A stretch of 64,000 nucleotides of DNA from Candidatus Nitrospinota bacterium M3_3B_026 (GTDB lineage Bacteria; Nitrospinota_A; UBA7883; JBPRGF01), in NCBI GenBank assembly GCA_051418015.1, contig JBPRGF010000014.1, positions 63,974 through 127,973 of the forward strand, read 5' to 3'. Every line of letters starts with the position of its first letter. Positions within the stretch are counted from its first letter, which is position 1. This document shows, piece by piece, positions 58,694 to 64,000 of the stretch. The position numbers and the translations under genes are program-made. Under the pieces are notes generated by a model. The model had not been told where the DNA came from. It worked only from the letters and a program-made list of their open reading frames with translations, and made no database searches.

Positions 58694-58727
58694 GCCGGCC
58701 GCGACTGCACCCATCGATGGAGGCTGA

Positions 58728-60089
58728 ATGAAGATCATCATGGTCGGCGCCGGCCGCGTTGGCCAGCAGTTGGCCCGGGAGCTTGCAAGCTACGGCCACG
58801 ACCTCGTCCTGATCGAAAAAGACGCCGCCGCCGCGGCGCTGGCCCAGGAGCGCTTCGACGTTACAGTGATCCACGGCGACGCGCTGGACTTCGCTTTGCT
58901 GAAGGAGGCGGCCAAGGGCGGGGCGGACATGCTCGTGGCGGTGAGCGAGTCGGACGAGGTCAACCTGACCGTCTGCCTTCTCGCCGCCGGGCTGGGCGTG
59001 GGCAGAAAGATCGCCCGGATAAGAAACGAGGGCTGGTTCTCCCAGGACGGCCTGAGCCGGGCTAAGATGGGCCTGGATCACGTAATACACCCGGAGCAGG
59101 AGACGGTCGACTATCTCACCCACGTCCTCGGGATTCACGGCGCCTTCGACTACGCCGAGTTCGCGGGCGGCGAGGTGGTTCTGATAGGGTTCAACGTGGT
59201 CCCGGGCCTGTCTCTTGCGGGGCATTCATTGGCGGACCTGCGGGAGATGTTCGCCCTGGACTCGTTTCTCATTATCGGGCTTTACAGGGACAACGAGTTC
59301 ATCGTTCCCCACGGCGGCGACAGGGTGGCGGAGGGAGACAAGCTCTGGCTGCTGGCGGCGAGGGAGACGCTTCCTTTCGTTTTCCCGATCTTCAGGCGCA
59401 AGGAGGGCGCGGGCAGGGACAGGGCCGTTGTGCTCGGCGCCTCCAGGATAGGGATGTCCGTGGCGGAGGCTTTCAAGGAAGGCTTCCAGGAGGTGATCCT
59501 GCTGGAGGCGGACCCCGCGCTGGCCCGCTCCGCCGCGGAACGGCTGGATGGCGTGAAGGTCATGAAAGCCAGCGTCAAGGAGGGCGACCCTCTGGGGGAG
59601 ATCGGCCCGGAGACCATAGACTGTTTCGTGGCCGTCTCCACCGATGAGCGCAAGAACCTGATGTCCGGCCTGCTGGCCAAAAGACTGGGGGTGGAGCGCG
59701 TGGCGGTGGTCACCGACGAGGCGGAATACATGCCCGTGATGGACGCCATCGGGCTCGACGTGGTGGTTAATCCTCATTTTCTCACGGCGGGCGCGATACT
59801 GCGGCTTATTCGCAAGGGGCTTGTCTACTCCGTGGTGAAGCTCCGCGCCGGGGAGGCGGAGCTCGTGGAGTATGACGTGGCGAAAGGGTCCAGGGTGGCG
59901 GGCAAATCCCTGGCGCAGGTGGGACTGCCCCGCGGCTCCCTGGTGGGCACAATACGCCGCGGCGATGACATCATAATCCCCAGCGGCGCCACGGCGCTGA
60001 AGGAGGGAGACAGGGTAGTGGTCGTGGCCTCCTCCGATAAGGCGCCGGAGGTGGAGAAGCTGTTCGGCCCCAGGAGGTTTTTCTTCTAA
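58728..60089 (+). CDS. trkA: Trk potassium uptake NAD-binding subunit
   Basis: Two RCK repeats with GAGRVG and GASRIG. Confidence 0.93.
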   Translation: MKIIMVGAGRVGQQLARELASYGHDLVLIEKDAAAAALAQERFDVTVIHGDALDFALLKEAAKGGADMLVAVSESDEVNLTVCLLAAGLGVGRKIARIRNEGWFSQDGLSRAKMGLDHVIHPEQETVDYLTHVLGIHGAFDYAEFAGGEVVLIGFNVVPGLSLAGHSLADLREMFALDSFLIIGLYRDNEFIVPHGGDRVAEGDKLWLLAARETLPFVFPIFRRKEGAGRDRAVVLGASRIGMSVAEAFKEGFQEVILLEADPALARSAAERLDGVKVMKASVKEGDPLGEIGPETIDCFVAVSTDERKNLMSGLLAKRLGVERVAVVTDEAEYMPVMDAIGLDVVVNPHFLTAGAILRLIRKGLVYSVVKLRAGEAELVEYDVAKGSRVAGKSLAQVGLPRGSLVGTIRRGDDIIIPSGATALKEGDRVVVVASSDKAPEVEKLFGPRRFFF

Positions 60090-60119
60090 ATACCAGGGCT
60101 GAAAAATTACGGTCAGGCC

Positions 60120-61610
60120 GTGAAATCCATATACATCAAAAGCGTGGGGTTCCTGCTCCTTGTCGTGGGGGCGTTGATGGCCGTTCCCGCGGCCGCGGCC
60201 TTTTATTACAGCGATTACCCCGCCCCGGCGGTGGCCGCGGAAAAGGCCGCTCTCCTGGTCTCCATGGCCGTGACGCTCCTGTCCGGCATACTCCTGCTGT
60301 GGCTTTCCAGAGGGACACCGGCTGGAAAAATAACTATCGCGGACGGCTTCCTGGTGGCGGCTTCGTCCTGGATATCGGTGGCGGTCTTCTCCTCGCTGCC
60401 TTACATCCTGTCGGGAGTCATCGCGAACCCGGTGGACGCCTTCTTCGAGTCCATGAGCGGCCTGACGACGACGGGGGCCACGACTCTGGAAGATCTTGAT
60501 GCCGTCCCCCGGGGGGTGATGCTGTGGCGCTGCATGACGCAGGGGATAGGCGGAATGGGGATATTGACCCTGTTCGTGGCCGTACTCCCGGCGGTGGGGG
60601 AGGGCGGACACAACCTCTTCAGGGCGGAGATCACGGGTGGGACGAACTTCGAGAAAGTTACTCCCAGGATCAGCGAGACCGCCAAGGCTCTCTGGATGAT
60701 CTACATCGGGCTCATGACGCTCGAAACGCTCGCCCTGTTCGCCTCCGGGATGCCGCTGTACGACGCCGTCTGCCACTCTTTCACCACCCTGGCCACGGGC
60801 GGCTTCTCACCCTACCAGGGAGGCATCGGCGACGTGGAAAGCTATGTCACGCGATGGATATTCATATTTTTCATGTTCGTCGGCGGGGCGAGCTTTACGC
60901 TTTCGTTCAGGGCGATCCGGGGGGAGGGCAGGACGCCATATCTCACGAGCCAGGAGTTCAAACTCTATGCTTCAATAATAGGCGCGGCCGGGCTCATCCT
61001 TTCCATGGACCTCATCGTGGAGAACTGGGGCTCCGCGCCGGTCATGGCGGCGGTGACCGACGGTTTCTTCCAGTCCGCTTCGATCGTGACGACCACCGGC
61101 TACGCCACGGCGGACTTCACCCTGTGGAGCCCCTTCGCCCAGAGCGTTATCTTTTTCCTCATGTTCATGGGCGGATGCGCTGGATCGACCGGCGGAGGGA
61201 TAAAGATGTTCAGGCACCTGATCGCGGCAAAAACCTTCGCGGCGGAGTTCCGGGTGATGAGCAACCCCAGGGAGGTGGTGGCCCCGAAGCTGCAGGGGAA
61301 GCCGCTGCCGGATGAGGTCATGCGGAACACCCTTGTGTTCCTGGCGCTTTACGTGACGCTGTTCGTTATGGGCGGGCTCTTGCTGACGCTTTTCGGGTCG
61401 GACATGGTCACCGCCTTTTCCGCCTCGGCCACCTGCCTGGGGAACGTCGGCCCCGGCCTGGGCGAGGTGGGGCCGCTTTTGAGCTTCGGCGCTCTTCCGG
61501 CGGTGTCGAAGCTCATTCTGACGTTGCAGATGCTGATGGGGCGCCTGGAGCTTTTCGGGGTGCTGATTTTCTTCAAAGCCATCGTCGAGCGCGGGAGAGA
61601 GACGGCCTGA
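60120..61610 (+). CDS. trkH: Trk potassium uptake permease
   Basis: FESMSGLTTTG, LATGGFS, TTTGY, GGCAGSTGGGIK, GNVGPG, GRLE. Confidence 0.95.
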   Translation: MKSIYIKSVGFLLLVVGALMAVPAAAAFYYSDYPAPAVAAEKAALLVSMAVTLLSGILLLWLSRGTPAGKITIADGFLVAASSWISVAVFSSLPYILSGVIANPVDAFFESMSGLTTTGATTLEDLDAVPRGVMLWRCMTQGIGGMGILTLFVAVLPAVGEGGHNLFRAEITGGTNFEKVTPRISETAKALWMIYIGLMTLETLALFASGMPLYDAVCHSFTTLATGGFSPYQGGIGDVESYVTRWIFIFFMFVGGASFTLSFRAIRGEGRTPYLTSQEFKLYASIIGAAGLILSMDLIVENWGSAPVMAAVTDGFFQSASIVTTTGYATADFTLWSPFAQSVIFFLMFMGGCAGSTGGGIKMFRHLIAAKTFAAEFRVMSNPREVVAPKLQGKPLPDEVMRNTLVFLALYVTLFVMGGLLLTLFGSDMVTAFSASATCLGNVGPGLGEVGPLLSFGALPAVSKLILTLQMLMGRLELFGVLIFFKAIVERGRETA

Positions 61611-61705
61611 TGGGCGGGGGCCTGGGCCGCCGGCAGCGCTTTTTTTTCCAAGTCTGATGGTATAAGATTGCCCATCGGCGCGCCCCGCGCGGAAAGTGGA
61701 AAGGT

Positions 61706-63088
61706 ATGAAAAAGAAACCCTGGTCTGGAAGATTCAAGGAGCCGACGAACGAGCTGGTGGAGGTTTTCAACGCCAGTGTGTTTTTCGACATCCGAATGTG
61801 GCGGCAGGACATCCGCGCCTCGATGGCCCACGCGGCGATGCTGGGCCGCCAGGGAATAATCGGCGAAAATGACGCCGAGGCCATCATCGGCGGTCTGGGG
61901 AAAGTAGGGGAGGAGATGGAGGCTGGCGAGTTCTCCTTCTCCTCGGCCGACGAGGACGTTCACATGGCCGTGGAGCGCAGGCTGACAGAGCTTATCGGCC
62001 CCGTCGCGGGGAAACTCCACACCGCGCGGTCGCGCAACGACCAGGTGGCCACGGACCTGAGGCTCTACGTCCGGGACGCCATCGACGAGACCGTCGAGGC
62101 GCTCCGGGGCCTGCAGAAGAGCCTTTACAGGAAAGCCAGGGAGAACGTGGAGACCGTCGCCCCCGCCTATACGCACCTGCAACCGGCCCAGCCCATACGC
62201 CTGGCGAGCTGGTTCCTGGCATACTACGAGATGTTCGCGCGGGACGTTGATAGGCTAGAGGACGCGCGGGACAGGGTGAACGTCATGCCGCTGGGCAGCG
62301 CCGCGCTGGCTGGGACGAACTTTCCCATCGACCGGAAGGGGGTGGCCGCCGAGCTCGGCTTCGACTCGGTCTCGAAAAACAGCATGGACGCCGTCAGCGA
62401 CCGCGATTTCGCCGCGGAGTTTCTTTTCGCCGTGGCGATGACTGGCGTCCACCTTTCCCGGCTTGCCGAGGAGCTGGTCATATTCACCACCGCCGAGTTT
62501 TCCTTCATGGAGTTGCCGGACGCTTTCTGCACGGGCTCGTCCATAATGCCCCAGAAAAAGAACCCCGATGTCCCAGAGCTGATCCGGGGCAAGACCGGCA
62601 GGCTCACCGGCGCCCTGGTGACGCTTTTGACCATCCTCAAGGGGCTGCCCCTGGCGTACAACAAGGATCTGCAGGAGGACAAGGAACCGGTCTTCGACGC
62701 CCATGAGCAGATCGTGACCATGCTCACGATCGCCGCGGAGATGACCGGGGCCCTCAAGGTAAACAGGGAAAGGCTCGCCGAACGCGCCGAGGAGGGGTTC
62801 ATGACGGCCGTGGACCTTGCGGACAGACTGGTCATGAACGGCGTCCCCTTCCGCAAGGCGCACGAGGTCGTGGGGAGGCTGACCCGCGAATGCCTCGACC
62901 GCGGCCTGCGTTCCTTCGCCGGCCTGGACAGGGAGACTCTGAAGTCCATCGACCCCAGGCTTGAGGGGATCGACCCGGCCTCCCTGACGGCGGCCCGGTC
63001 GGCTGACGCCAAGGACACGGAAGGCGGCGCGGCCAAAGGGCGGATCATGGCGAGGCTCAAGGGGATAGAGGAGGAGCTTTCCCTGTGA
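61706..63088 (+). CDS. argH: Argininosuccinate lyase
   Basis: WSGRF, HTARSRNDQ, YTHLQPAQP, GSSIMPQKKNPD, YNKDLQEDK. Confidence 0.97.
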   Translation: MKKKPWSGRFKEPTNELVEVFNASVFFDIRMWRQDIRASMAHAAMLGRQGIIGENDAEAIIGGLGKVGEEMEAGEFSFSSADEDVHMAVERRLTELIGPVAGKLHTARSRNDQVATDLRLYVRDAIDETVEALRGLQKSLYRKARENVETVAPAYTHLQPAQPIRLASWFLAYYEMFARDVDRLEDARDRVNVMPLGSAALAGTNFPIDRKGVAAELGFDSVSKNSMDAVSDRDFAAEFLFAVAMTGVHLSRLAEELVIFTTAEFSFMELPDAFCTGSSIMPQKKNPDVPELIRGKTGRLTGALVTLLTILKGLPLAYNKDLQEDKEPVFDAHEQIVTMLTIAAEMTGALKVNRERLAERAEEGFMTAVDLADRLVMNGVPFRKAHEVVGRLTRECLDRGLRSFAGLDRETLKSIDPRLEGIDPASLTAARSADAKDTEGGAAKGRIMARLKGIEEELSL

Positions 63089-63231
63089 GAAAACTCGCCA
63101 TGCTAACGATCGTCGCCGTAACCTTATGTGTATCAGCTGGTTGCGGCAGGAAGGGTCCGCCGGTCCCTCCGAAGCAGGCCTCCTCCTCCATTTCGGCCCC
63201 CGCCGGGATTTCCGGAAAGTTTTCTGGATAA
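63085..63231 (+). CDS. Small lipoprotein, LptM/YifL-like (not in the ORF track)
   Basis: GTG overlapping the argH stop; MRKLAMLTIVAVTLCVSAG-CGRKGPPVPP..., 48 aa, matching the CGxKGP motif. Confidence 0.75.
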   Translation: MRKLAMLTIVAVTLCVSAGCGRKGPPVPPKQASSSISAPAGISGKFSG

Positions 63232-63236
63232 TTGAG

Positions 63237-63265
63237 TTGACAGGCTTGGGAGATATTCATAAACT
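63237..63265 (+). promoter_or_regulatory. Sigma-70 promoter of the tRNA-tuf operon
   Basis: TTGACA-N17-TAAACT. Confidence 0.75.
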
Positions 63266-63308
63266 ATACGTTTATTTCTCATGTGAGCGCGGTTTGTCTT
63301 GACAAGAA

Positions 63309-63384
63309 GCCGGCGTAGCTCAGTTGGTAGAGCAGCTGATTTGTAATCAGCCGGTCGGGGGTTCGAGTCCCTTCGCCGGCTCCA
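63309..63384 (+). tRNA. tRNA-Thr(TGT)
   Basis: Cloverleaf, anticodon TGT, CCA end. Confidence 0.95.
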
Positions 63385-63459
63385 GTTTTTTTTGGCGGGA
63401 TCCCGGCACCGGATTGGTTAGGCGGCCGGGGGCGCGAGGCGGAAATATATATAGAAGAA

Positions 63460-63544
63460 GGGGAGGTTCCCGAGCGGTCAAAGGGAGCAGACTGTAAATC
63501 TGCCGGCTCAGCCTTCGGAGGTTCGAATCCTCCCCTCCCCACCA
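63460..63544 (+). tRNA. tRNA-Tyr(GTA)
   Basis: Cloverleaf with long variable arm, anticodon GTA, CCA end. Confidence 0.95.
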
Positions 63545-63568
63545 GGCTTTGGTTTAGGTTGACGGGGA

Positions 63569-63644
63569 GCGGGAATAGCTCAGGTGGTAGAGCATCAGCC
63601 TTCCAAGCTGAGGGTCGCGGGTTCGAGTCCCGTTTCCCGCTCCA
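63569..63644 (+). tRNA. tRNA-Gly(TCC)
   Basis: Cloverleaf, anticodon TCC, CCA end. Confidence 0.95.
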
Positions 63645-63680
63645 GATTTTCGAGGCGGGACGCTTGTTGAGGCTGGCCGG

Positions 63681-63755
63681 GCCCGCGTAGCTCAGTGGTA
63701 GAGCGCTTCCTTGGTAAGGAAGAGGTCATGGGTTCGATCCCCATCGTGGGCTCCA
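63681..63755 (+). tRNA. tRNA-Thr(GGT)
   Basis: Cloverleaf, anticodon GGT, CCA end. Confidence 0.95.
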
Positions 63756-63811
63756 GATTAAGGACGTAAAGCCGCGCGCGGCGTTTCTTTTATATATGGA
63801 AGAAAGCGTAG

Positions 63812-64000
<189 letters not shown>

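Overview
GC-rich chromosomal segment of a diderm (lpxB, beta-barrel OMPs), probably flagellated bacterium. Gene content loosely suggests a Nitrospinota/Nitrospirota/Desulfobacterota-like lineage, but that is inference only. Most of the window is housekeeping: nth, DnaJ-class chaperone, lpxB, rfbA, recG, maf, coaE, trpC, malic enzyme, tilS, hemL, mtnP, trkAH, argH, six tRNAs and the start of tuf. I see no integrase, transposase, prophage or CRISPR array. Most interesting items: (1) a monocistronic Cyc2-type cytochrome-porin fusion (putative Fe(II) oxidase) that resembles the neutrophile Cluster 1 type; (2) two divergent heme-copper-oxidase subunit I paralogs lacking the CuB His-His pair, converging around three small Lys-rich c-type cytochromes; (3) an operon of an ATP-grasp ligase fused to an apparently metal-deficient M20 domain, a gamma-glutamyltransferase and an N-formylglutamate amidohydrolase; (4) a candidate structured leader RNA between the divergent polyamine-related genes mtnP and a deoxyhypusine-synthase-like gene; (5) two sigma-28-like promoters, one before a four-FlgO-domain lipoprotein operon and one before a 61-aa small ORF; (6) a WYL regulator followed by a palindrome and an OMP gene; (7) a family of TGTCA...TGACA REP/MITE-like elements; (8) a histone-H1-like gene with a nested internal start.
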